Shown: positions 27,980-40,495, numbered from the stretch's first letter. The stretch: 64,000 bases of DNA from Negaprion brevirostris (GCA_030324005.1 JARDVH010000133.1:32935212-32999211), one strand, 5' to 3'. Notes: generated by a model from the letters alone, not told the origin. Program-made: numbers and translations.

Positions 27980-29259
27980 GTAATATCTGTTCCTACAGAA
28001 GTGGACATTTTTAAATTATCTTGAGCAGCGCCTTGAGATTAAATCTAGGAAAGATATCAGTCAGTAATCTATTAAATCTGGAAAATATTTTTCCCTTTTA
28101 AAGACCTTTTACTTTCTAAATTGAAGATAAAATCATTAATTTTGTAATTTTCTGCTGCAAATCTGTCAAATGAAATTGTTACATTTTTTAAAATTTAATT
28201 TTATACTGTGTGACATTCTTCCCGCTTGGGTGGTATCATTGTCTTGTTTAGTAGTTGATTTAATTATTCCTAACCCAAATTCTGAAGCTCCCATTGTTTC
28301 TGCCTGAGGTGTTTCACTTGGGCATACTTCTACATCTGAGACAGATGGCTTTCAGTCAAACCCACTGCATTTAAATACAGAATGTATAATTGTGGTTCAG
28401 AGCAGAAGTGAATTGTCACAGGTACTTCATTATTGATGGATTTGCTTGCTCAAATTAAAGTAAAAGATGGAAGGATTGAATATTAATTCCTCATCTGCCA
28501 CCAAAAATAGTTCATTAAAGTATTAGTCTATTTGCTTTTTGTGAACCGTTTGCTGCCACATTTGCCCAATTAACTGGGACTGCACTTCGAAAACAATGCA
28601 TTAGTTGCAAAAGGCTTTGGAACACCCTGTGTATGTGAGACAGTGTGATATAATTACATGTCTGTTATCTTTGCCTTGAGCAGACCCAATATGTACTCGC
28701 TCAGTGCTGATTTGAACAATAAGTTCTGACATTATCTATGGTGTAAATGAGGACAAGTGGAGATGAAATGTATGAACCCCTTGTGTAGATCTGCAAAAAC
28801 AATTGTTTTAGCAGTAATTGTTCACATTTTCTTTTTACATGCACAGTAATTGTATATTTAGAAGTGTCTGATTTGGCTGCCATTGCTGATATTTCTTTTT
28901 ACTGGGCTGAATATATGATTCAGTAAAACAAAATAGTTCCAAAATCTGGCATTAAACTTAACAGGTTACCTGAAATAGATGTCTGGGAAATTTCAAAACC
29001 ACTCAGGTTGAGAATTCCAGCACTTTGGGATTTGAGTTCCAGGGTGCGATCTTGCCCACTTGCCATTCACACCACAATTCTGATGTAGCGAGGTCAGAAA
29101 ATTTGGCGGCCAGCCAAATCTCCATTCACCGCAGCAGGATGGAAAGATCCCGCTGGGCTGAANNNNNNNNNNNNNNNNNNNNNNNNNNNNNNNNNNNNNN
29201 NNNNNNNNNCATAACATGGTTGTTTGAGTAATTCATTCTTTTTGTTTACAAAAATGCAG

Positions 29260-29392
29260 CATTCATTCCCGTGAGATTTTCCACTCCCTCTCCATCTCAT
29301 TTTCTTGCTGCTGGGAATTTCTTCTTTGGATGGATCCAGCCAATTACGGTGGCATTAAGGGTAAACTTCCCTCCAGCATTCTCAGTGAAGAG
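29260..29392 (+). CDS. POLE: POLE exon (about 42), [44 protein letters not shown]
   Basis: tgcag| acceptor, GAG|gtatgg donor, 133 nt. Confidence 0.96.
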
Positions 29393-30106
29393 GTATGGGA
29401 CTATTCCTTTGCTTTAAAGTTGCTGAATAGTACTTGTAATTCATAGTCACACTTGTAGGAATTTTAAAGTTGTGCACAAAGATGTGATTTAGTGAATGGA
29501 GTTTTCCAAGATCTGCACTCAGTATATTCAAAGATTATTGAGAATGTTTGTATTGATGCACTTATTGATGCACATGTTTGCTCTTTAGGGTTTAGGGCTC
29601 CTTTTAATTGATCCCCTCAAATTGCTCCCACCATTGCTGACAACATTATAATCACTAAGCTTAACTTTTGCATTATTAGATGTGCCAGGTTATTTACCAA
29701 AAAAATTAAGATCCAGAACTTCCAAATCTCCTGAGGATTTGTACCCATGAGGCCCCTGCAGAGGCCCACGCAAGGACTGCAGGGGAATTGCCTGAGAGGT
29801 TTTAAACTTCCCTGAAACCATCTGATAATCCCACTGAAATCAGAGACTTGGGATGGTTATGGCTGTCTGAGCAGAATAGTTACCCAGAACGGGGGCACAG
29901 TGGTTAGNNNNNNNNNNNNNNNNNNNNNNNNNNNNNNNNNNNNNNNNNNNNNNNNNNNNNNNNNNNNNNNNNNNNNNNNNNNNNNNNNNNNNNNNNNNNN
30001 NNNNNNNGGGGAATTGCCCATCAGAAGCCCCTGATGGGGAATTGTTAACAAAAAAATCAAAAATTTTCAAAACAAACTTGAGCAACTAAACAAAAATGTT
30101 GGGGGG

Positions 30107-30743
30107 GGCGATTCTCCCAAAAGTGCTGAATTAGTGGGGAAACTGTTCCAGATCACGACTGTTTTGAGTTCAACTTCACACTAGAATCTCCCCACTCTGG
30201 GTACTGAAGAGGTCCCAGTCATGAATATCATTAAAAACCTGAGGTGGGGGGCCTATTTGTGCTGGAGTCTGACAACCGATCGAATGTAGTGGTAGCAGGA
30301 CCCGATCACGTAGGCCCTGCCCACAGTAGGCCCCACCCCTTGGCACTGCCCAGTGCCTGATGGGCAATACCAAGGTGCCCCTGGGCTTGGACACCTTCCC
30401 CTTGGGCAGTGCTGGGGGCACAAGCTGGTACTGCTAGGGTGCCCATGCCCTGGGGGCCCCAATTATCCCCCCCTTCATTCCAGCGGGATTTCCCATTAGT
30501 TCCCCAAATGTGGGGAACTACTCTAAACCCCACTGGAATGAAGTATTCCTGGCAAGGTGAGAGATTCAACTGGGGCCGGAGAAGATTCAAATGACTTACC
30601 TGTTTTCCTGCTGGTTTCCAGCACGGTCCGGTCTCCAACTGTTCTCTGACTCTGGGAGATGCGCATGCATTCCGAATGCCGGTGATGCGCATCTCTCACC
30701 CTGACCCGCCAGAAAAGTTGCAGGTCGGGGTGGGAGAATCACC
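30107..30743. mobile_element. GC-rich MITE / non-autonomous DNA transposon
   Basis: TIRs GGCGATTCTCCCA (30107-30119) and TGGGAGAATCACC (30731-30743), 12/13 match, with no coding capacity. Confidence 0.7.
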
Positions 30744-30754
30744 TCTGTCATTTC

Positions 30755-31110
30755 TAGACAAAATGTAACCCAACCCCTGGAGCGCCACTTGTCATAGAAG
30801 GTGTGTGGACACTACATGTTGTCTCTCCGGGACCACTCTCCATGAACGTAACTGCAGCAGTGGAGGGAACATCCGGGTCAGATGACTGCCCACCGCCTGA
30901 AGCTGTTAATGGCCACCTTGGCCAGGCCCTCACGAGGAGGTCCTTCTCCCTCTCCACCCATCTCCACACTGACAGACCAAATATCAGGAGCATGGGGCTT
31001 GAGGCACAACCAGAAATTCAGGGGTAGCCCCTTCAAATAGTGAGAGAGCTGCTGCAGCCTCTTGCAATCTGCATACACTTGGAATCCCCTATTCACTCTG
31101 TCCAAAGACA
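30755..31110 (-). mobile_element. L1/Tx1-clade ORF2 C-terminal remnant
   Basis: FQVYADCKRLQQLSHYLKGLPLNFWL / LLIFG...DLLV / GLAKVAI are spread over shifted frames and resemble Tx1-type ORF2 ends. Confidence 0.6.
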
Positions 31111-31147
31111 GTGAATATTCATCATCTGTTTCTCTTCACCTGAACTA

Positions 31148-31168
31148 ACACACACACACACACACACA
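31148..31168. repeat. (AC)10 microsatellite
   Basis: Seen directly in the sequence. Confidence 0.95.
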
Positions 31169-32079
31169 ACCTTACACACTTCTCTTTCCTTATCTTCTCC
31201 TTGGCTTCTCAGTGTGGCTGGAATCTGTAAACTAACTGCTGTCAGTAGCTAGTGCCATAATAAGAGACCAGGGCTTCCTTTCCACTAACACTGGTGCACT
31301 GGACTATGGAAACCCATTGTGCTGCATATTTGAGGAAAGTCGAATCGGAAGGTCAGACATGAAATGTCCAGCTCCTAACTAAGGTAAGTAAAGGGGAGCA
31401 GTTGACAACTTGACTGACCCAAAACATCCGCAGTCACACAGGACCTGAAAGTTTTGTGTTCACCATTATTGTAGGGGTGCATATCTTCTAATCTAAACCT
31501 TAGCTGTTCAATCTTCTAAGACTCTTCTTAGGGGGAATAATAAGCTAGAAAATCTCATATTGCAATATGCACAGTGTATGGAACCTGTAAAATGTGCAGT
31601 GTTTTAAACATATGATGCTGTATTCAGCTCCTTATCAGTTGGTCCCATATACACCAACGTGAAAGTGGACAGAATATTATCATTATGGTTATCAAAGGCC
31701 AGTTGTTTTGAATAAGATGCAGTATCGATTGAAAACCAATTAACATTTCAATTACCAAGATCATAAAATGAAGGGGTACAAAGTTGTATTTCTCAACCTT
31801 ACTTTATTCTCCTAACTATACATTTGCTTGTCAGAATGAGCATCATTAATGGCTCAGTAACCTGATATAGGAAATGTAACAACATTGCAATAGCTGGATT
31901 CAAATTAGATTATGACTGAGTTAGTTCAGTTTGAGAATACTGGTCTTGAAGATTATGCTGTATGTAATCCCTCTTAAGCAAACAACTAATATTGATCATA
32001 TGCTCTCAATATCTTGGTGCATAAATACCTTCCTAGTTAATGTAGGCCAGTTAGGCTAACATCACTGATGGGTAACGTT

Positions 32080-33225
32080 TTCAAAACAATTATCACGGGT
32101 AAATCAACAGGCAGTTGGAGAGAATTGAGTTAACTAAGGAAATCCAGCACAGACTTTAAAAGGCAGATCATGTTTAGTTAATCTAATTTAAATTTTAAAT
32201 TAAGTAACAAAAGGGAAGATTTTAAGCCAAGGTATAACATAACAGGCTGATTAACAAAATTGAAGCTCATGGAACAGGAGGATTGGTGTCCACTTGCACA
32301 AAAAAATAGCTTTTAGGGCAGAAAACAGTGAGTCAGGATAAATGGTTGCTTTTCAGACTGAAGCATATTAGACACTGGTGTTCCTTTGGAGTCAATGCCA
32401 GAACAGCTACTGTTGTTGTATTCCTGTATAGCGATGAGGATAATATCAGTCGACTGCAACAGGACAGACATAGGCTAGCGGAATTGGCGTAAAAGTGTGA
32501 GGTGATACATTTTGGCAGAAGGGTAGAGAATGATATCATAGACTTCGTAACACAATCTAAGGCCTGTGCAGGGATGCAGGAACCTGGGTCCTCGTAGATG
32601 TCTGAAGGTGGCCAGAGATATTCAGAGAGTAGTTAATAAAGAAAATGGCTTCTTGGACTTCACAAGTAATGGTATTGAGAACAAAAGCAGGTAAATTATG
32701 CTGGATTTTATTAAAGCTCTGATTAGACCATTGCTAGAATATACATCTTGTTATAGTCACCACGCTAGGAACTGTGTCAAGAGTTGCAAAGGGATTTTTG
32801 CCAGAATGTTTCCAGGGATGAAGCAATCAAGGGTAGGTTGGAGAAGCTGCGGTTGATCTCCTTGGAGCAAAGGAGTTGAGGGAAGATTTGATGGAATATA
32901 CAAAGTTATCATAGGCTTAGATCAGATAGACTGAGAAAAGCTGCTCTCATTACCTGACAATGAAAGGATAAGGAAACTCTGATTTAAGGTTTTGAGTAAG
33001 AAGACAAATCATGCAGCAACTGGTAATAACCTGGAACGTGCTGCTTACCAGGATGGTGAAAGCAGCGACAATCAGTGAATTCAAATGAAGAATTGGATGG
33101 GCATCTGAGGAAAATAAATTTGCAGGGCTGAGGGGTAGAACAGAGAAATGGAATTGACTAGATTGTTCTATAGAAAGCATCTGAACTTGGTGGGCTGGTT
33201 GGCTTTCTTCCATTCTAATGATTTT
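32080..33225 (+). mobile_element. Degenerate CR1 LINE 3' portion
   Basis: Decayed KCEVIHFG and RLEKL.LISLEQRS motifs plus a CR1-like 3' UTR. Further old CR1 remnants at about 33700-34650. Confidence 0.7.
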
Positions 33226-34926
33226 GTGGCCAAATTTGCCAACTTAACAAGATATACAATTTTGAAAAGGCAGTTTCAAGAGAATGAGGTAAGAGCTTTT
33301 ACTTAATTCAGTAGGAAGAATATTGGAACATCCAGAAAAAAACAATTATTATGGAAGCCAAATTCAAAAGTAACTTGACAGGAATAGCATTATCAAAGGA
33401 AATTTGAGATCCTTTATGGGTGTTGACACTTGGGTGTTGCACATAAAACTAGGATAAAAACAGTGAAGCATATGAATACAAGGAAGGTTCCACATTTTGG
33501 AAGTATGTTACTGTATTTATTTTCAATCAAGATAACAAACATAACCATATTAATGCTTGTAGTGAGTATTGTATCACTAATTGTCAAATCAACATAACTG
33601 ATCATTAGGAACCAATTTAAAGATTACCTATATGAAAATAACCTAATGGCTTACAGTCACTATAGGTTTGTAAGACATGGTTGCTATCTTTTTACTTTGA
33701 AAGCCTCATGATGTAGGATACCTGGGCTTTGCAATAGTCTTTGATGAAAGTTTTGCATTAACAGTTGCTACAGAAATGTACGGCATTGGATAGGCTTGGT
33801 AAGGGAAGTGAGGGAAGAATTGGTTACAAGAGTGGAAGTAATAACAATCAGGGATGTGATTTTGAATGCTAAGATACAAAGTGAAGTATACCAGGGATCA
33901 GTGCTATTAGTCCATTGTTTCTTATTTGCATAAGTGACCTGAATTCATAAACTTGCATTGAGAAATTATAAATTAGGAGAGAACAGCAATCAAATCTGAT
34001 GAAGCAGCAAAAAAGACTACAGAACACAAATTTTGTAAGTTGAAACAACTGTGCCAAATGTCATTTAGGACTGAGATATGCAAGTTGTTCAACATCAGAA
34101 CAAAACCAAAGAAATAATTGAAAGATGTTTGATGGGCTCAACACTGGCTGTGCCTTGTCTCAAGCAATAAAACAAGTAGAATGCTGAGCTATATTACCTA
34201 TCCAGAGGATTATAAATGAGGTTGCCATGCTAGAGCTGTGCAGTGCTCCCACATTGCTTACAGTCACTAAAACACCAAAGAAATATCCAAGCTCTGAAAA
34301 CAGTGTAGAAAAGAGGCACTTGGCCAAGGGGGGAATAAGTTCTGACTCATCAACATTAAAGATGAATGAAAGAGATCCTTTATAAAGGTATGTAAGAAAT
34401 AGAAAAGGCAAGTTTAGAGAATGATTTCTAGTGAAATGACTGCAAAGCAAGCAGATGTAACTAGAAGCTCGAGAAATCAAATTCAAGATTGGTGTTGGCA
34501 TGTTTCTCTGCTGTCAGTGATTGATAGCTAAATGGCTCTAGGTACAGTTATAGTGGGCAAAAATCTGGAATAATTCAAGAGGAAGTTGAATGCTTTGAGC
34601 GGTGTATTGGTTTCAATAAGAGCAGTTGTAAGAGAAAATGGTCGTCCTCGTCCATACTTATGAGGTATTAAAGGAAATTGCTAAACTTCTATGGGTAGGT
34701 AAAATTTAGAGAACAAATGCTTCCTTACAGAAGAGAGAACAAACCCAGGCAACTGTTTTTAAAAATATGTACATGGTAATCCTGTGTTGCAAGAAATAAT
34801 CAGCAATTAAGCTGTCAAGAAAATGGCTAAATTATGACAAAATTATATGTTAGAATAATAAATGCTTTGCTTTAAATCTCATTGTCACTATAAAAATGGG
34901 CAATATGTAATAATGTGTATGTCAAG

Positions 34927-35110
34927 GTGGGGAATGAGAAAGAAACAAAGGAACGTGGTGAAGGCGGCAGCGATGATGACGAAGAGATTCATTCTGAAGA
35001 TGAGGAAGGTGGCAGTAATGTTGAAGACCTTTTGGACAATAACTGGAATATCATGCATTACCTGCCACAAGCAGCCTCTTGTCAGAGCTACTTCCTCATG
35101 ATTGTCTCAG
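34927..35110 (+). CDS. POLE: POLE exon (about 43), acidic linker plus [32 protein letters not shown]
   Basis: CAG|gtacgg donor is clear. The acceptor gtcaag| has a weak pyrimidine tract, but it gives 184 nt with the right phase. Confidence 0.9.
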
Positions 35111-35176
35111 GTACGGCAAATTCCAGATCTATAGGCCAGCTATGTATGTATGTGTATTTATGAACACATCTTTGGA

Positions 35177-35487
35177 ATCATAGAATCCCGGCAGTGCAGA
35201 AGGAGGCCATCTGGCCCATTGAGTCTGCACCAACCACAATCCCACTCAGGCCCCATCCCCACAATCCCACATATTTACCCTGCTAATAACCTGACACAAG
35301 GGTCAATTTATTATGGCCAATCAACCTAACCCACACATCTTTGGACTGTGGGAAGAAACCGGATTACGCAGAGGAAACCCACATAATACAAGGAGGAAGT
35401 GCAAACTGCACACCGTCACCACTCAAAATTGAACCCGGGTCCCTGGTGCTGAGAGGCAGCAGTGCGACCACTGTGCCACCATGCCAC
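35177..35487 (-). mobile_element. V-SINE (HE1-like)
   Basis: Homologous to 11607-11925. Confidence 0.88.
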
Positions 35488-36090
35488 TTTAGTTTCTGGT
35501 CAACTGTTAACTTCTCCACCAAAAAATGTTGACAGTGGGTGACTCAACGATGATAATGTCACTGAACGTCGAGCGGACATCATTCAATCCCAAATCACGG
35601 AGGTGACTATTGCCTGGCATGATGCTACTTGTCACTTATCAGCCCAAGCCTTAATGCTGTGAAAATCTCCATTTCTGACCTTAAGATGGAGGGAAAGTCA
35701 TTGATCAAACAGCTGAAGATGGTTAGAACACAATCCTGAGGAACTCCTGCAGCAATATTCTGGGGCTACAATTTTATGACAGTTGTAAGTTTTAACTTGA
35801 CTTCAAACATTGACAAACACTTTGCTAATCCATCACAAGAAATGTCAATGGCATTCAATCTGCATACATCACTGTTAAATAAATGGGATCATTAATGACA
35901 ACATGCAGATTTTTTAAGGAATGGAGGATACAATAAAGAAATAGAAGTATAAGTATAAACCATGATATATTGAAATGGATTAATGTTAATATTTAAATAG
36001 CCTGAATTTAAACAAATTTCAGAAACACAACACTAGCAGTTACCATTTATTTTGGCATACTAAGCAGCACTGCTGTCTAACTTTTCTTTA

Positions 36091-36240
36091 TAAGAAGTCT
36101 CACAACACCAGGTTAAAGTCCAACAGGTTTATTTGGTATCAAAAGCCACTAGCTTTCAGGGCACTTGCTGCTCCTTCGTCAGGTGAGTGGGATTTCAGTT
36201 CACAAAAAGGGCATATAAAGACACAAACTCAATTTACAAA
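36091..36240 (-). mobile_element. Family B Penelope pLTR fragment running into an assembly gap
   Basis: agtctcacaacaccaggttaaagtccaacaggtttattt is shared with the 15.5 kb and 63.3 kb copies. Confidence 0.7.
36146..36186 (-). ncRNA. Minimal hammerhead ribozyme motif, same family, antisense in a POLE intron
   Basis: Minus strand reads UCAC-CUGACGA-A-GGAGCA GCAAG UGCCCU-GAAA-GCU-A-GUGG. Confidence 0.65.
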
Positions 36241-36659
36241 NNNNNNNNNNNNNNNNNNNNNNNNNNNNNNNNNNNNNNNNNNNNNNNNNNNNNNNNNNNN
36301 NNNNNNNNNNNNNNNNNNNNNNNNNNNNNNNNNNNNNNNNTCTGTGGGAGTTTGCGCATTCTCCCCGTGCTTGCGTGGGTTTTCTCCGGGTGCTCTGGTT
36401 TCCTCCCACACCCCAAAAACGTGCTTTTTAGGCTGACTGGTGTCAATAAATTGTCCCTGAATTGGACCTCCCTTCATCTGGCGCACATACAATTCCCTAA
36501 ATTTCCACCCCCTTTATTGTGGAGTTCCACTAGAGGTAGACAAAAATGTCAAAGAGCGTCGTAAGACTCGAATAAGGCACTCACTGAGTGTGTTAAAGTG
36601 GGCGGCACGGGCTTGTAGGGCCGAAGAGCCTGTTTCCTGTGCTGTGCTGTTCTTTGAAG

Positions 36660-37192
36660 GGTGACAAAGTGGGTTAGCAGTGCTGCCTCACAGTGCCAGG
36701 CACCCGGGTTCAATTCTGGCCTCGGGCCACTGTCTGTGTGAAGTTTGTATGTTTTCCCCGTGTCTGCGTGGGTTTCCTCCGGTTTCTAATCATAGAATTC
36801 CTACAGTACAGAAGGAGGCAATTCGGCCCATCGAATCTGTACTGACCGCAATCCCACGCATTCAGGTAACCCGGCACATTTACCCTGCTAATCCCCCTGA
36901 CACCAGGGTCAATTTAGCACGGCCAATCGACCTCACCCGCACATCTTTGGACTGTGGAAGGAAACTGAAGCACCCGGTTGTGCAAACTTCGTACAGACAG
37001 TGACCCAAGCCAGGAATTGACACAGTCCAAAAATGTGCGGGTTAGGTGGATTGGCCGTGCTAAATTTTCCCTTAGTGGGATTAGGAGAGTAAATACGTGG
37101 GGTTATGGACATAGGGCCTAGGTGGGATTGTTGACGTTACAAACTCGATGGGCCAAATGGCCTCCTTCTGTACTGTAGATTCTATGATTCTA
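36660..37192 (+). mobile_element. V-SINE interrupted by an antisense V-SINE (about 36788-37020)
   Basis: The outer copy stops at ggtttcctccggtttct and resumes at cacagtccaaaaatgtg. Confidence 0.85.
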
Positions 37193-37302
37193 CAAAGCAA
37201 AAACTTGCATTCCTTTTGGGAATGTGTGCTGAGGGCCCTTCATGACCCCAGCACATTGCAAGGTGCTTTGGAGTGCACTCACAGTTGTAAATATTATTTT
37301 TT

Positions 37303-37583
37303 ATTAGTGTCACAAGTAGGTTTACAGTAACACTGCGATGAAGTTACTGTGAAAATTCCCTAGTCGCCACACTTGTTCACTGAGGGAGAATTCAGCATGG
37401 CCAACGCACCCATCCTGCACGTCTTTCAGACTGTGGGAGGAAACTGGAGCACCCGGAGGAAACCCATGCAGACACGGGGAGAATGTGCAAACTCCACACA
37501 GACAGTAATCCAAGCCAGGAATTGAACCCGGGTCCCTGGCGCTGTGAGGCAGCAGTGCTAATCATTGTGCCATCGTGTTGCCC
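37303..37583 (-). mobile_element. V-SINE with alternative tail, full length
   Basis: tRNA head at the right, V domain, and the gtcacaagtagg tail at the left. Tail-only or partial copies at about 6781-6833, 43203-43258 and 52903-53040. Confidence 0.85.
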
Positions 37584-37836
37584 AAGGTGCTTTATTTTTA
37601 TATAAGCAATCTCTTTAGAAAGTCACGATTTTTAAAATTATGATTAATTTTGTGATTTAAAAAATGTGGTCATCTTGGCTTTAATTGCATATTTAATATG
37701 GATATTTCCTCAAGATCTGTTTTAAGCTGTTGTTATAATCATTCAAAATTTGCAACACGGCCTAAAAGTTGCCAAATCTTTTTTGAAACAAGATAATTGA
37801 TGTATTAGTTATGAACCCAACACAACTTTATGTAGA

Positions 37837-38032
37837 TAAAAGCAAAATACTGTGGATACTGAAATCTGAAACAAAAACAGAAAATATTGGAAAATCTCAG
37901 CAGGTCTGACAGCAACTGTGGTGAGAGAATCGAGTTCTGATGAAGGATGATCCTGACTCAACACCCTGGCTCTTTTCTCTTTCCACAGTTGCTGACAGAC
38001 TTACTGAGATTTTCCAGCATTTTCTGTTTTTG
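37837..38032. mobile_element. Family A palindromic element
   Basis: Same arms; central CTGATGAAGG at 37937. Confidence 0.75.
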
Positions 38033-39091
38033 ATACATAGGGTGGCCAGCGCTGGAGGCCATCAAAACCAAACGCCCTTGTATTAAAACAAACCTGGCTT
38101 TTGCATCCCCATCACAATGAGGCTGCTGCAAACTGAGAAATTAGCAGGCTTTGCTAAGACCTGTACTGCGGTAAGTGGACAAAGGATCAAGGTGCTGGCC
38201 GTGAAGCCATCTGGACTGTCTGGTCCAAAGCTGGACATCTGGCCTTCTAAATTTGTGGGTTTATTTCTCTGATTCATTGTCTACTGATCTACATCACAGA
38301 CACAAGCACTGAACGAATAACTTGTTTGCTGTTGAAGAATGTTGTTGCCAATAATTTTCATGATTATAATGCAGCTAATTAATTCTGACAAGTACATGCA
38401 TGCACTTTCTAAACAAAAAAGTTTGAGTTCTTTCATATCAGTTTGTCATCATCTGGCTCCAGAATGCAGTAGATTCCACCTGCCAAAAATCTGATTGGCA
38501 AGAATCCTGTTTTATTTGGAGTTTGTAACAACATGAACTGGTATGTGATTAGTTTTTTGCTCGCAACAGCATCCAGTTAGGTTGTTCAATTGATAAGTTA
38601 ATGAACCTCGCAGATTCAGGCAAGCCCTGTTGTTGATGGGCGCAATCACAGGAACAGCAGATGAAGCATTGAAGGTGCGAATTTTTATAAAACCCAGGCC
38701 CCAAACAGCATAATCATTCAGTATATTGACTTATAATGTATTTTAATCCAATTCCCTTTGCAAATAAAGTGGTCCCTAAATTCTGAGCTCAGACATCATG
38801 CAAAATTAACTTTAAAATGTCATTTAAGTACATTGGCGAAAAAGTAATTTATCAGTTGTCTCATCCTGACTTACAGTAATCTCTATTCCATGCTGGTTTC
38901 TTATTGAGCATAAACTCAGTCTGAATTCAATATTGACAGCAGAACAAGAAACTTAAAGGCAAGCCTGTGCTGGATTATTAGCAGCTGCTGGCACCCTTTC
39001 ATGTTTCATTCACACTGTTGTCACTGTTAGTATGGGAGCATCCTGCATTGTGGGAGTTACAGCTCCCATCAAACAATCTTCTGCAGTATGT

Positions 39092-39300
39092 TAAAAGGCA
39101 AAATACTGCGAATGCTGGACTTGGAAACAAAAACAGAAAATGCTAGAGAAACTCTACAGGTCTGACAGCATTTGTGGAGAGAGAGTCGAGCCAACATTGA
39201 GTTGGGACGAAGGGTTATCCTCAAAACATTGTCTCTATTCTCTCTCTCCACAGATGCTGTCAGATCTACTGAGTTTCTCCAGCATTTTCTATTTGTGTCT
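39092..39300. mobile_element. Family A palindromic element
   Basis: Inverted arms tctgacagcatttgtggagagaga / tctctctccacagatgctgtcaga. Confidence 0.75.
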
Positions 39301-39736
39301 GCAGAATATTGTTTGGAGCACCCGGAACCTGAAAAACCATGCCTCCTTGCAAACTTTGCACATGCATGCTCTGAACCTACCCAGTGCTAAGTGGGAATTC
39401 TTTAAATTGGTCATCCCTCCTTCCTGAAGGTTGGGTAGAGTTTTGTGGAATCAGTAATTCTCTCTTGCCTCACCAAAATGGCTTATCTTTGGGCTGCTGT
39501 AAGACATTATCAGTAGACTGACTATTTCAGCCCAAACTTGCCTTCTCAGTCATCCAAAATTTCTCTTTGCACCTGATCTTTTTGGCTCATTACTTGATAA
39601 ACATAGCCAATAGATATTTGAGCGCAACTTTTCCTGTACACTTTTAATTCTAAAGCAAATTTAAGCTAAACTTAAGTTTATATTTGTATGGATTGAATCA
39701 TGTATTTAATGTACAAAATTGGCAGGATTTTTCATT

Positions 39737-39810
39737 TAGATAATTGAAAATCTATTAATTTAGATAATTGAAAATCTAGATAATTGAAGTTCTAGATAAT
39801 TTGAAAATCC
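39737..39810. repeat. Minisatellite, about 16-bp unit TAGATAATTGAAAATC, 4 imperfect copies
   Basis: Seen directly in the sequence. Confidence 0.85.
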
Positions 39811-40495
39811 AAAAATGGAATTTTTTTTCATTCGTTAAACATGTTGATCAGATGTTCATTCTCAAGTTGCATTTCTGACATTTTAGGATTATTTTTCTGT
39901 TTTTCCACCAGCTTTCTTCCCGATGTTCAATTATTTGATTAGCTTTAGTTATCAAAGAGGCAAGTGAAGTTAACTAATTATAGACTTTAAACTTGCTTCC
40001 AAATGTAGCATCACCCTTTTTCAAATGGTAATGTGTTCAAAGCTAACCATTAGTAAAGGGACAAAGGATAGAATGTAGTTTAGAAGGACAAACCTTCATT
40101 TAGTGCATTGTGCCGTTACGATTATTAATAATTTTGGGAGTTTTTTTTAGTGCAGTCCCCTGACCAACAGCTAGGCAACAATTATAGTAAATGTTACCTG
40201 ATCCTCTATAATATGTTTATGGACAACCTGTAGTCTGGAGTACAGTTGTGAAGTTCAGCTGATAACTATCCATTCCTTTTTAAGGCTGGTACTTCTCATC
40301 CATGTGTTTAAGTTCTGAGTCCTTCATGGACCTGCCCCACCTTATGGCTTTTCCCTCTCCATTGTGGAAACTGACTTATTCCCTGTCCTCATTCACTAAG
40401 TAAAAATCACCATCTGAAAGTAATGCTGGAAGCCAACTATTGTTACACAGTTTCTTTCTGCTGTTGTACGCACTCATCATATGAAACTCTTTCAG

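Noticed and set aside
39737-39810. Repeat units with a short spacer, superficially array-like
   Set aside because: Ordinary AT-rich minisatellite in a vertebrate intron; no CRISPR structure
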